64,000 bases of DNA from a candidate division FCPU426 bacterium (GTDB lineage Bacteria > Oederibacteriota > Muellerivitia > Muellerivitales > Muellerivitaceae): the NCBI GenBank assembly GCA_963719085.1, contig CAVRAL010000004.1:800001-864000 (forward strand). Reading direction: 5' to 3'. Positions 56,126 through 64,000 of the stretch are shown here, one piece after another (positions within the stretch are counted from its first letter, which is position 1; each line of letters starts with the position of its first letter). Below the pieces are notes generated by a model, which was given only the letters and a program-made list of their open reading frames with translations, was not told the DNA's origin and did no database searches. The translations under genes were made by a program, and so were the position numbers.

Positions 56126-57154
56126 TTATTTTACTTGTATAGTGGCTTTGATGCCTTTGCAAGTTGGGAAAGTCCCCGCGGTCAGCCGCTGTTGAACGGC
56201 TTGGTTCCCCTTGAGATAGGCGTCCCAAAAAGCCAAGGTGGCTTGTTCCACGTAAGAATGAAAACGGAAGCCGCCCCGGCTTCCGTCCAATTGCCGGTCG
56301 CTGAAATCCATGTGGCTGGCTCCCTGCAGGACAATATCAAATTTATGATGGGCCGGCAGGTGTTTGAAAACTTCGGCGCGCCAATCGGCGGGTTCGCCGT
56401 TCAGCCCGTGGTCCTGGCTCCCGCGGATGATCAGTACCGGCCGCAGGATGGGCCGGAAGGATTCCAGGTCAAAGCCGACGGTGGAGGTTCCGGGCGGCGA
56501 CAGCGCCTCAAAGCAAGTCACCCGGTTGTCTTGGAAACGGCGCGCCGATCCGTCCGAAAGATGCGCGGTGGCGCCCGCCACGGCCAAAGCCGTATAGGCC
56601 CCGAAGGAATGCCCGGCTACGCCGATGTGGGTCGGGTCCATCCGGCCCTGTAAATCGGAGATCTTGGTTTCAATGGAAGCCAGGGAATCGATGATGAAAG
56701 AAATATCCAGGGGACGGTCCGTGAGGTTTTCATCCTTTTGCGTGGACAGCACGATGGCCCGCAGGCTGGCCAGGGGCCTTCCTTTTTTCGAGAGGGTCGT
56801 GTCACTGCCCTTGTGGGTGATGAAGACGCAAAGATAACCGTGCTCGGCCCAATAACGGCCCAGGTAGCCGTAGGATTCTTTCGAGCTTCCGGCCTCCGGG
56901 GAAAAAAGAATAACCGGAAGGCGGCCGGGGATGTCGGCGTCCCGGGGATCGAAAATTTTGATCGGCACGTCCCGGTCGCGCGCGTCGTCATGCAGAACCA
57001 AGACTTGGGTATTCACGACCACCTTGGCCACATGGGGCTTGGCCTGAAGCGCGGCCGGCAAGACGAGCGGGAGCGCCGCCGCGATGAGTCGAATGAGATT
57101 TTGAAAAGACAGGCGCAAGCCGGGTTCCTTGGGGCCTAAATAGCGACGGGCCAT
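56126..57154 (-). CDS. Secreted alpha/beta hydrolase (dienelactone-hydrolase-like); start position uncertain
   Basis: RDRDVPIKI, RPLDISFIID, GHSFG, G..D and ASHMDFSD. Confidence 0.85.
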   Translation of the reverse strand: MARRYLGPKEPGLRLSFQNLIRLIAAALPLVLPAALQAKPHVAKVVVNTQVLVLHDDARDRDVPIKIFDPRDADIPGRLPVILFSPEAGSSKESYGYLGRYWAEHGYLCVFITHKGSDTTLSKKGRPLASLRAIVLSTQKDENLTDRPLDISFIIDSLASIETKISDLQGRMDPTHIGVAGHSFGAYTALAVAGATAHLSDGSARRFQDNRVTCFEALSPPGTSTVGFDLESFRPILRPVLIIRGSQDHGLNGEPADWRAEVFKHLPAHHKFDIVLQGASHMDFSDRQLDGSRGGFRFHSYVEQATLAFWDAYLKGNQAVQQRLTAGTFPTCKGIKATIQVK

Positions 57155-57249
57155 TATCGCCGATCCGTCCCGAGTCGGGCGGGAAAGTTGATTTTCGCCC
57201 CGCCTTTGGATAAAAAGACCGGGGCGTATTTTGCCCCCAAGGAGACTCT

Positions 57250-57585
57250 ATGAAAACCATTGGATTACTGTTTCTGTCGAATATCTTCATGACTTTCGCC
57301 TGGTACGGCCACTTAAAGACCCTTAGGGACAAGCCCTTGATGGTGGCGGTCTTGGTCAGTTGGGGGATCGCTTTTTTTGAGTACCTACTCCAAGTGCCCG
57401 CCAACCGCATTGGGTATGGAACCTTTTCCCTCGCCCAACTCAAGATCATCCAAGAGATCATCACCATGGTGGTTTTCGCCGGATTCGCCGTGCTTTATAT
57501 GAAAAAGACCTTCAACGCGGATTTTCTTTACGCGGGTCTTTGCATGGTCGGCGCGGCTTATTTTATTTTTAGGCAAACAGAGTAG
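57250..57585 (+). CDS. Small DMT-superfamily protein (DUF486-type)
   Basis: SNIFMTFAWYGHLK, SWGIAFFEY..QVPANRIG and QLKIIQE. Confidence 0.93.
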   Translation: MKTIGLLFLSNIFMTFAWYGHLKTLRDKPLMVAVLVSWGIAFFEYLLQVPANRIGYGTFSLAQLKIIQEIITMVVFAGFAVLYMKKTFNADFLYAGLCMVGAAYFIFRQTE

Positions 57586-57807
57586 TCCAGTTACGAAAAA
57601 AAGCCGCTTAACGGACTGGGCAAACGAAGTAGTCCAGCCACCAAGCAAGTCTTTAACAAAAGCTGGGCAAACGGAGTAGTCCAGTTACGAAAGAAAGCCG
57701 CTTAACGGACTGGGCAAACGCAGTAGTCCAGCCACCAAGCAAGTCTTTAATAAAAGCTGGGCAAACGGAGTAGTCCGGTTACAAAAGGATTATTTAGTCA
57801 AAGCTGG
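57572..57807. repeat. 47-bp-period array: 22-bp core CTGGGCAAACGNAGTAGTCCRG with 25-nt spacers in the order A-B-A'-B'-C
   Basis: Cores at 57572 (partial), 57616, 57663, 57710 and 57757, then a terminal CTGG at 57804. Confidence 0.93.
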
Positions 57808-58040
57808 AGATGCGGGCGCGTCGGCGGGGCAGTAGCTTGCCTCCAATCCTCAGAGGATGGGGAGTAAATCATTTAACCGAAAAATGATTTTATAAAGAAC
57901 CCGTTTAATTGTTAAAAGTAACCTACGTGAAACTTGCTTAAAAAAAATGAAAAGGGATGATATCGGCCAGCACTAACTTCTCATTTTGATAGGCCAAAAT
58001 GATAGGCCCCATGAGAAGACAGCCCTGAAAGGCTGGCCCC

Positions 58041-58937
58041 ATGAACCGATCCATCTTTGTGCTTTTGTTAATGGCTTTCGCCGCCATGCCCCTGGCTTGT
58101 GACTGCGGCAAGATGGATCCCACGGACCCGACCGGCAATAGCGGCACCCTCACCGCCCCCGCGACCACTTCCGGCACTGTGACGCCGCTTCCGACGTCGA
58201 CTGAAACCAATACGCCCACCATCACCCAAACGCCGACGGCCACCACCACGCTCACCCCCGAACCGACCCACACCTTCACCGCCACGATGACCTTCACTAA
58301 AACTTCAACTCCGACAGTCACCTGGACCTACACGCCCTCCAACACGCCCACAATTACGCCAACGGTCACTCCGACCTTTACGCCCACGACTACCCCGACC
58401 AAGACACCAACCTTAACGCCCACTTCAACGCCGACGAGCACACCCACCACTACCCCGACAGCTTGCGCGAACACGACTCCCGTTGGGAATATGACCAACA
58501 ACGCCCAAGTTGGAAGTATTCCGGCAAATCACATTACGCTAATGGAAGTAGCTGTTGCCGGAAGTGGATTGGCGCAGGTGTTGGATGTGAAATTCGGGGT
58601 TCAAACAGCTGCTTCGCCCAATCCTCAAGTTTATGTTGGGATTTATGGGGACAGCGGTGGTTCGCCATCAACACTAGTTGCGAGTAGTGACCTCAGCTCT
58701 TATGGAACCGGAATCAATACTGTTTCATTTTCTCCCCGGGTCTATTTGGCGCCTGGGAATTATTGGATCGGTCTTTCGCCTACGGCAAGTATTCCCGATT
58801 TGCTTTTCTTAAGCACGAATCCGGGGCCATCGGTCGCTTATTCAACCGGGGCCGGACCCACTTTACCGTCTACCCTTGCGACCCCGACTGGCTCGGTTCC
58901 GGATGCGATGCAAATTTGGTTGGAATATTGTCAGTAG
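58041..58937 (+). CDS. Lipoprotein with a Thr/Pro-rich stalk and a C-terminal beta-rich domain
   Basis: Lipobox PLAC; about 105 aa of TPT repeats; GIYGDSGGSP...L.PGNYWIG. Confidence 0.85.
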   Translation: MNRSIFVLLLMAFAAMPLACDCGKMDPTDPTGNSGTLTAPATTSGTVTPLPTSTETNTPTITQTPTATTTLTPEPTHTFTATMTFTKTSTPTVTWTYTPSNTPTITPTVTPTFTPTTTPTKTPTLTPTSTPTSTPTTTPTACANTTPVGNMTNNAQVGSIPANHITLMEVAVAGSGLAQVLDVKFGVQTAASPNPQVYVGIYGDSGGSPSTLVASSDLSSYGTGINTVSFSPRVYLAPGNYWIGLSPTASIPDLLFLSTNPGPSVAYSTGAGPTLPSTLATPTGSVPDAMQIWLEYCQ

Positions 58938-58940
58938 AGA

Positions 58941-60410
58941 TTAGTTAAAGCGGTAGGAAGCGGCGATGTGGGTTCGGTATAAATCACCGTAAGCACTTGG
59001 ATCATTCACGACCGAAGGCTGATCCCACGAGACGCCCAAGTCCAAACTTAAATTTTTATCCTGATAACCGATGCCAGCTAGGATGGTCGTGCTGATGATT
59101 TCCTGTCCCGGATGGACGGGAAAATAAAAATCGTCCTCGTCCACGGTGCCCGTGTTGTTTTGGTCCTCGACAATGACCCCCATGCGAAAAGCCCAGCTTT
59201 TAGACAGGTTTCGTTCTCCGCCGATTGATATTTTGTAGTCGAAATAATTGTTGTTCGCGGTGACAGCGGAAGAGTTGCTTTGAGTTCCCGTGACTCCGGA
59301 TAATGCGGCTTGGACACCAAGGGTAAAATCTTGCGGAGCTTCCACGCCTAGCCCCAAGATGCCTGTCCAGCCTGTCACATTAAAGCCCCCATTAGGATTT
59401 TCAGTTGAATCAAATGTATTCTCAGTTTGATTCTCAATCGTGAAATCACCGCCAGTTTTTAAATTGATTCCGGTCGAAAGAGGGCTTGTCATCTTAAAGA
59501 CCGCGGTGCCCTCGGAAATGTTCTCGTTGCCAAGGTTAAAATTGGCGACATTGGGTATCGAAGTGGCATCAGTGGAGTCTTGATGAAATCCCAGGTTCCA
59601 GGTGACAAAGCGTCCAGTTAATCCAGCCTCGAATTTCCCCGGGCTGTCAAAGTAGATTTCAGGACCCCAAAGTAAAAGATTGTTGGTTGTAATTGTTTGA
59701 GTCACGGTGAAATTAGTCGAAAGTAAACTGTTGAAAGCTTGTAAGTTTTTTATTTCATCGAATTGGCCCAACTGTGTCCCCGCGATTCCCCCGATTCGAA
59801 GATGATCTTGATTCGGGTTCGACGCCCCTAGCAAGTTGATCAACAGGCCGCCGGTTCCTTCTAAGTTGTTATTGGTGCCGCTACCGGAAGTGATTTGATT
59901 GTTCACATTAAACTGATAGGGGCTGATGGTTAGGTTGGTTTGCTCAGGTTGAATTTCGGCGCCCAAGGTGAAGATGCCGAAGTTATAGGCCATTCGGCCC
60001 AATTCGCGGGTGCGGTCATTGGTGGCGATATGATCTCCCGAGTCGTTTTGGCCTTCAGTGTGCAAGGTGTCCCCGTCGGCTTGTAGGGCCCAGTTGGGGT
60101 TTAAAAAAGCAATAAGCCCGTGGTACTTCGTCACGTCATCGTTGAATTGACTCATGCTTCCATAAATGTGGAAAAGACCGTCCGAGGGGGAAGCGTCTTT
60201 GGCCCATTCGGCGGCCGCGTCAAAACGGGTTTGGGGAGTTAACAACGCGAGACCCGCGGGGTTTCCCAAGGTGAAGGGGTTAACCGCGACCGACTCGTCC
60301 GTGATAACAAGGGAAAGGTCACCGGTCGAATCGACCCGTGTGTCGGAGGCGTGGCTGGGGCTTTGGGAAAGAAGGAGTATGGAAATTGCCCAAAGCAGAG
60401 CTTTTTTCAT
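58941..60410 (-). CDS. Putative outer-membrane beta-barrel protein
   Basis: Signal peptide SHA|, GNPAGL, alternating beta-strand patterns and C-terminal ASYRFN. Confidence 0.72.
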   Translation of the reverse strand: MKKALLWAISILLLSQSPSHASDTRVDSTGDLSLVITDESVAVNPFTLGNPAGLALLTPQTRFDAAAEWAKDASPSDGLFHIYGSMSQFNDDVTKYHGLIAFLNPNWALQADGDTLHTEGQNDSGDHIATNDRTRELGRMAYNFGIFTLGAEIQPEQTNLTISPYQFNVNNQITSGSGTNNNLEGTGGLLINLLGASNPNQDHLRIGGIAGTQLGQFDEIKNLQAFNSLLSTNFTVTQTITTNNLLLWGPEIYFDSPGKFEAGLTGRFVTWNLGFHQDSTDATSIPNVANFNLGNENISEGTAVFKMTSPLSTGINLKTGGDFTIENQTENTFDSTENPNGGFNVTGWTGILGLGVEAPQDFTLGVQAALSGVTGTQSNSSAVTANNNYFDYKISIGGERNLSKSWAFRMGVIVEDQNNTGTVDEDDFYFPVHPGQEIISTTILAGIGYQDKNLSLDLGVSWDQPSVVNDPSAYGDLYRTHIAASYRFN

Positions 60411-60569
60411 CGGTTTACCCTAAGACGGAATTGGGGTGAGTATAGCATGGGCCCGCGGGCTTGCTTTCAAAAATGGGCTGGTTCCAGTCTCCCGATTCAA
60501 GGCCTGGGAAGGTATAATTTATCCTCAATTGGAAAGCTGTTACTTATATATAAAGAAAAGGGCGAAGAC

Positions 60570-61532
60570 ATGAAAAAGTTTTTTCCGGCGATTCTGGGTT
60601 TAGTTTTAGCGGTTGCGACAGGAGCCCCCTTGTGGGCGCAAGATGGAACCCCCGTGCCTGCGCCGCCGGACTTGGGTGGAACCGCGCCGCCCTCCATGCC
60701 GGATTTAAGCGCGATCGAGCTTCCGCCCCTGCCCGCCTCCAGCCCCGCGGTGGCCGCGCCCACGACCAGCATTGAGGAAGCCCCGATTCCACAGCCCTCG
60801 GTGAAAATGACGCCAACCCCTGTCCCGGCCGTGATGGCCCCTCCGCCTCCGCCGCTGCCAACTCCCACCGTGAAAGTGAATGCGCCTGTCCCGACGGCGG
60901 TTCCGACTAAAGTTCTTCCGCCTCCGCCCGCTCCGGCGCCCCCGAGTGAGTCTTCAGCGGCTCCAGCCGCTTCCGTGCCCGCCGCCGCGACGGGCGGTAT
61001 CGGGGATTATTTTCCTTGGACCCAAGGTCAAAGGTTGAATTATGAATATTTAAAACCCGCCGCGGGCTCGACGGTGAAAAAGACCCGGGTGGTGGAATGT
61101 TTGGAAGACACGACCATGCCCAACGGCACGGTTCACTTCACTTTAAAAACCACCGAGGGCGCCCAAGTGGTTCAGGATAAATACTCGCTTCTGGACAACC
61201 GGGTGGAGCATACCTTCGCGGGCAAGATGGCTTTGACCGGACACACCATCCTTGAATTGCCGGCGGGCGGGCAGTCGCTGGAGTGGCAGTTAAAGGGCGG
61301 CGATGGATTAACCCACGCTTATAAGGCTTTTTTCGGCAAGGCCCAGGTTTATCAGAAGGTTTATCCTGATTGCGTGATCGTCATCGATAAGGGGCTTCAA
61401 GGGACCAAGCCGGTTTCCACCCGCATCGACTATTACGCCAAGGGGATCGGTTTGGTGGCGGTGGAGAGCTACGCGCCCGGGATGAAGCTGGTCCAAACCG
61501 AATCGCTGGCTTTGGTGGAATCTGGCCAATAA
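60570..61532 (+). CDS. Secreted protein with a Pro-rich region and a YFP...YYAKGIGLV beta domain
   Basis: Signal peptide LWA|Q; DYFP...G....Y and YYAKGIGLV. Confidence 0.78.
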   Translation: MKKFFPAILGLVLAVATGAPLWAQDGTPVPAPPDLGGTAPPSMPDLSAIELPPLPASSPAVAAPTTSIEEAPIPQPSVKMTPTPVPAVMAPPPPPLPTPTVKVNAPVPTAVPTKVLPPPPAPAPPSESSAAPAASVPAAATGGIGDYFPWTQGQRLNYEYLKPAAGSTVKKTRVVECLEDTTMPNGTVHFTLKTTEGAQVVQDKYSLLDNRVEHTFAGKMALTGHTILELPAGGQSLEWQLKGGDGLTHAYKAFFGKAQVYQKVYPDCVIVIDKGLQGTKPVSTRIDYYAKGIGLVAVESYAPGMKLVQTESLALVESGQ

Positions 61533-61677
61533 AGTCCTGGCTTAGGCCCGCGCTTTTTAAGCTGAAATCGGCCCTTTTCCTCAGGAAAAGGGTTGCGGTT
61601 AATAAGCCCTGAAGATTATGATGCTAACCCTGACACGACAACCCCAGGTGAATACTATTTAGGAGGCAAGTTTTAAA

Positions 61678-63498
61678 ATGGCAAATGACATCGTAATCGC
61701 ATTCGGCGGCGCGGCGGGCGACGGAAACGCCTCAGCCGGCAACATTCTCGCCCAAGCCAGTGCCCGGCAAGGTTTATCCGTCTACGCGTATAACAGCTAT
61801 CAATCCCTGATTCGCGGCGGCCATTCGTACCTGCGTATCCGCATTTCCAACCAGAAAGTCACCAACCACGGCGATCAAGTGACGGCCTTGGTTTGCTTGA
61901 ACCAAGATTCGATGAACAAGCATTTACAAGAACTCGTCGCCGGCGCCTTTTGCATTTTCAACAGCGACAAGTTGAAGCCCGGCACCGCTCCCGCGGGCGT
62001 GCAGATGTGTCCCTTCCCCTTTTATGAACTGGCCGGCAACGACGCGCTGCCTGTCATGCAGAACACGGTCGCCATCGGGGTTTTGACCCGGATGATCGGC
62101 ATGGACTTCACTTATTTACAATCGGTGTTTGAGCACACTTTCGCCAAGAAGCCCCAAGTCGTGGCCGCCAACATCAAGGCCGCCCGAGCGGGTTACGATT
62201 ACGCGGAAAAGAATTTCAAGCCGATCCAGCCCTTGGAAAAGACGAAAGAGAAGTTGGCCTTCGTCACCGGTAACGAGCTCCTGGCTATGGGCGCCGCCAA
62301 CGCGGGTTGCAAAGTGTATTGCGCTTATCCCATGAGCCCGGCCTCCGGCATCCTTCACTGGATGGGTTCGCATGGCAAGGAACTGGGCATCTGCGTGCGC
62401 CAGGTTGAGGATGAGATCGGCGTGATCAACATGACCATCGGCGCGGCCCAAATGGGAACCCGCGCGATGTGCGCCACCTCGGGAGGCGGATTCGCCCTGA
62501 TGACCGAGGCCGTCGGTATGGCTTCCATCATGGAAATTCCTATCGTGGCTATCAATGTGATGCGCGGCGGACCGTCGACCGGTTTGCCGACCAAGCAGGA
62601 ACAAGGCGACTTGAACCAGGCCATCGGCGCCTCGCCCGGCGATTTCCCCCGGATGATCTTGGCCCCGACGTCCATCCCGGATTGCTACCGCGCGGTGGCG
62701 GAGTCCTTCAACTGGGCGGAGAAATATCAGATCCCGGTCATCCTGCTGTCGGACCTTTTGATGAGCGAAGGCACCGAGACGGTCGGAGTGGACTGGCTGG
62801 ATTACGATCCCAAAATTGAGCGCGGTGAGATGATTTTTGAGCACAAGGGCGGGCCCACCAACTACCTGCGCTACAAAGACACCCCCTCGGGCGTTTCGCC
62901 CCGGGCCATTCCCGGCACGCCGGAACATTTGTACGTTTCCGCCACCGACGAGCATGATGAGGACGGCGTCACCATCTCGGACGTTTACACCGACCCGCTG
63001 ATCCGCAAAAAAATGGTCGATAAGCGCTCGCGCAAAATGGACGCGCTCTTGAAAGAACTGCCGGCCCCCGTTCTCGAAGGGCCCGCGGACGCCGATACCA
63101 CCGTCATCACCTACGGCTCCACTTGGGGCGTGGTGAACGAAGCCATCGGCCGCTTGAACAAGGAAGGCATCAAGATCAACCACCTTTCCATCAAGTACCT
63201 GGTGCCTTTCCAGGAAAAAGAAGTGGCCGCTTTGCTCAAGGGTAAAAAGAAACTGATCGTGATCGAGATGAACAAGTCGGGCCAGTTCGCCCGCCACTTG
63301 CGCGCCGAGGCCGGCATCACGGTCGACGCCAACATCCGCAAATACGACGGCGAGCCTTTCGAACCCAAGCATGTGGTGGAAGGCATCAAGGAAGTTTTGA
63401 AGGGCAAAACTTTGGTCGAGTCCCAGTCGGTCGAACCCGGCTGGCGCAACCCGCATCCTCCGGGACCGGGCGTTTTGTCGACTTCGTCGACGCATTGA
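61678..63498 (+). CDS. korA: 2-oxoacid:ferredoxin oxidoreductase, alpha subunit (gamma-alpha fusion)
   Basis: GGAAGDG, IRGGHS, AYPMSP, QVEDE, TSGGGF.LM.E and RGGPSTGLPT; RBS AGGAGG. Confidence 0.93.
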   Translation: MANDIVIAFGGAAGDGNASAGNILAQASARQGLSVYAYNSYQSLIRGGHSYLRIRISNQKVTNHGDQVTALVCLNQDSMNKHLQELVAGAFCIFNSDKLKPGTAPAGVQMCPFPFYELAGNDALPVMQNTVAIGVLTRMIGMDFTYLQSVFEHTFAKKPQVVAANIKAARAGYDYAEKNFKPIQPLEKTKEKLAFVTGNELLAMGAANAGCKVYCAYPMSPASGILHWMGSHGKELGICVRQVEDEIGVINMTIGAAQMGTRAMCATSGGGFALMTEAVGMASIMEIPIVAINVMRGGPSTGLPTKQEQGDLNQAIGASPGDFPRMILAPTSIPDCYRAVAESFNWAEKYQIPVILLSDLLMSEGTETVGVDWLDYDPKIERGEMIFEHKGGPTNYLRYKDTPSGVSPRAIPGTPEHLYVSATDEHDEDGVTISDVYTDPLIRKKMVDKRSRKMDALLKELPAPVLEGPADADTTVITYGSTWGVVNEAIGRLNKEGIKINHLSIKYLVPFQEKEVAALLKGKKKLIVIEMNKSGQFARHLRAEAGITVDANIRKYDGEPFEPKHVVEGIKEVLKGKTLVESQSVEPGWRNPHPPGPGVLSTSSTH

Positions 63499-63555
63499 TC
63501 GGAAACTAAAAGAAGATTCATCGAACCCTTCGGGGTCCAAAAACAGGAGGATTTT

Positions 63556-64000
63556 ATGCCTATAGCGGTAGCCGCCCCCAGAGACGCGAAAGCTTTTAAA
63601 GCCGAAGTTCCGCCGGATTGGTGTCCGGGCTGCGGGGACTACGGGGTTTTGACCGTTCTCCAGCGCGCTTGCGGGGAATTGGGAATCTTGAACCACGAGC
63701 TGATGGTGGTATCGGGCATCGGCTGCTCATCCAACCTGCCGGGCTTTTTCAAATCCTACGGCATGCATTCCCTGCACGGCCGCTCTTTGCCGGTCGCCAC
63801 CGGCGCCAAGATCGCCAACCATGAAATGACCGTCATCGCCTGCGGCGGCGACGGGGACGGCTACGGCATCGGCCAGGGCCATTTCATCCATTCCATGCGC
63901 CGCAACATCAACCTGACCTACATCGTCATGGACAATGAGATCTACGGATTGACCACGGGACAAACCTCCCCGACGTCGGAAACCGGCATGAAGACCAAGT
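63556..64000 (+). CDS. korB: 2-oxoacid:ferredoxin oxidoreductase, beta subunit; runs off the window and is missing from the ORF track
   Basis: Manual translation MPIAVAAPRDAKAFKAEVPPDWCPGCGDYG...SGIGCSS...HGR...GGDGDG...DNEIYGLT; RBS AGGAGG. Confidence 0.95.
   Translation, partial: MPIAVAAPRDAKAFKAEVPPDWCPGCGDYGVLTVLQRACGELGILNHELMVVSGIGCSSNLPGFFKSYGMHSLHGRSLPVATGAKIANHEMTVIACGGDGDGYGIGQGHFIHSMRRNINLTYIVMDNEIYGLTTGQTSPTSETGMKTK

Noticed and set aside
57572..57807. Calling the 47-bp array a CRISPR
   Set aside because: No cas genes in the window, the repeat (22 nt) and spacers (25 nt) are short, spacers are duplicated and resemble each other, and the array starts inside a CDS.
57988..58044. 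Short direct repeats GATAGGCC x2 and GGCCCCATGA x2 before the lipoprotein gene
   Set aside because: Too short to separate from chance or a local micro-duplication.
62116..63696. 526-aa minus-strand ORF
   Set aside because: Antisense shadow of the well-supported korA/korB genes, with no recognisable motifs.

Overview
A 64 kb gene-dense chromosomal window from a moderately GC-rich bacterium that probably has an outer membrane (beta-barrel proteins, lipoproteins, type IV pilins). It holds about 55 CDS. Housekeeping genes include trmL, mscL, lexA, radC, fabI, xth, gnd and a 2-oxoacid:ferredoxin oxidoreductase alpha/beta pair. I found no rRNA, tRNA, integrase, intact transposase or cas gene. The unusual features are: (1) several intact genes that lost their catalytic residues, namely two Hpt-less CheA-like proteins with a co-diverged CheW and MCP, an orphan NuoL/NuoM pair missing the proton-pumping axis, and a RAYT/Y1-transposase-fold protein without HUH or Tyr, located between lexA and a SplB-like radical SAM gene; (2) a candidate non-canonical LexA operator (GWATAC-N4-GTATWC, two copies); (3) a non-coding 47-bp-period array with a 22-bp hairpin core and no cas genes; (4) a recombination scar that placed two divergent porin alleles in tandem between gnd and nuoL; (5) a minor-pilin cluster with a ~1,295-aa pilin; (6) about a dozen intergenic palindromic elements from several families, some nested. 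All family assignments come from motif recognition by eye, not database searches.
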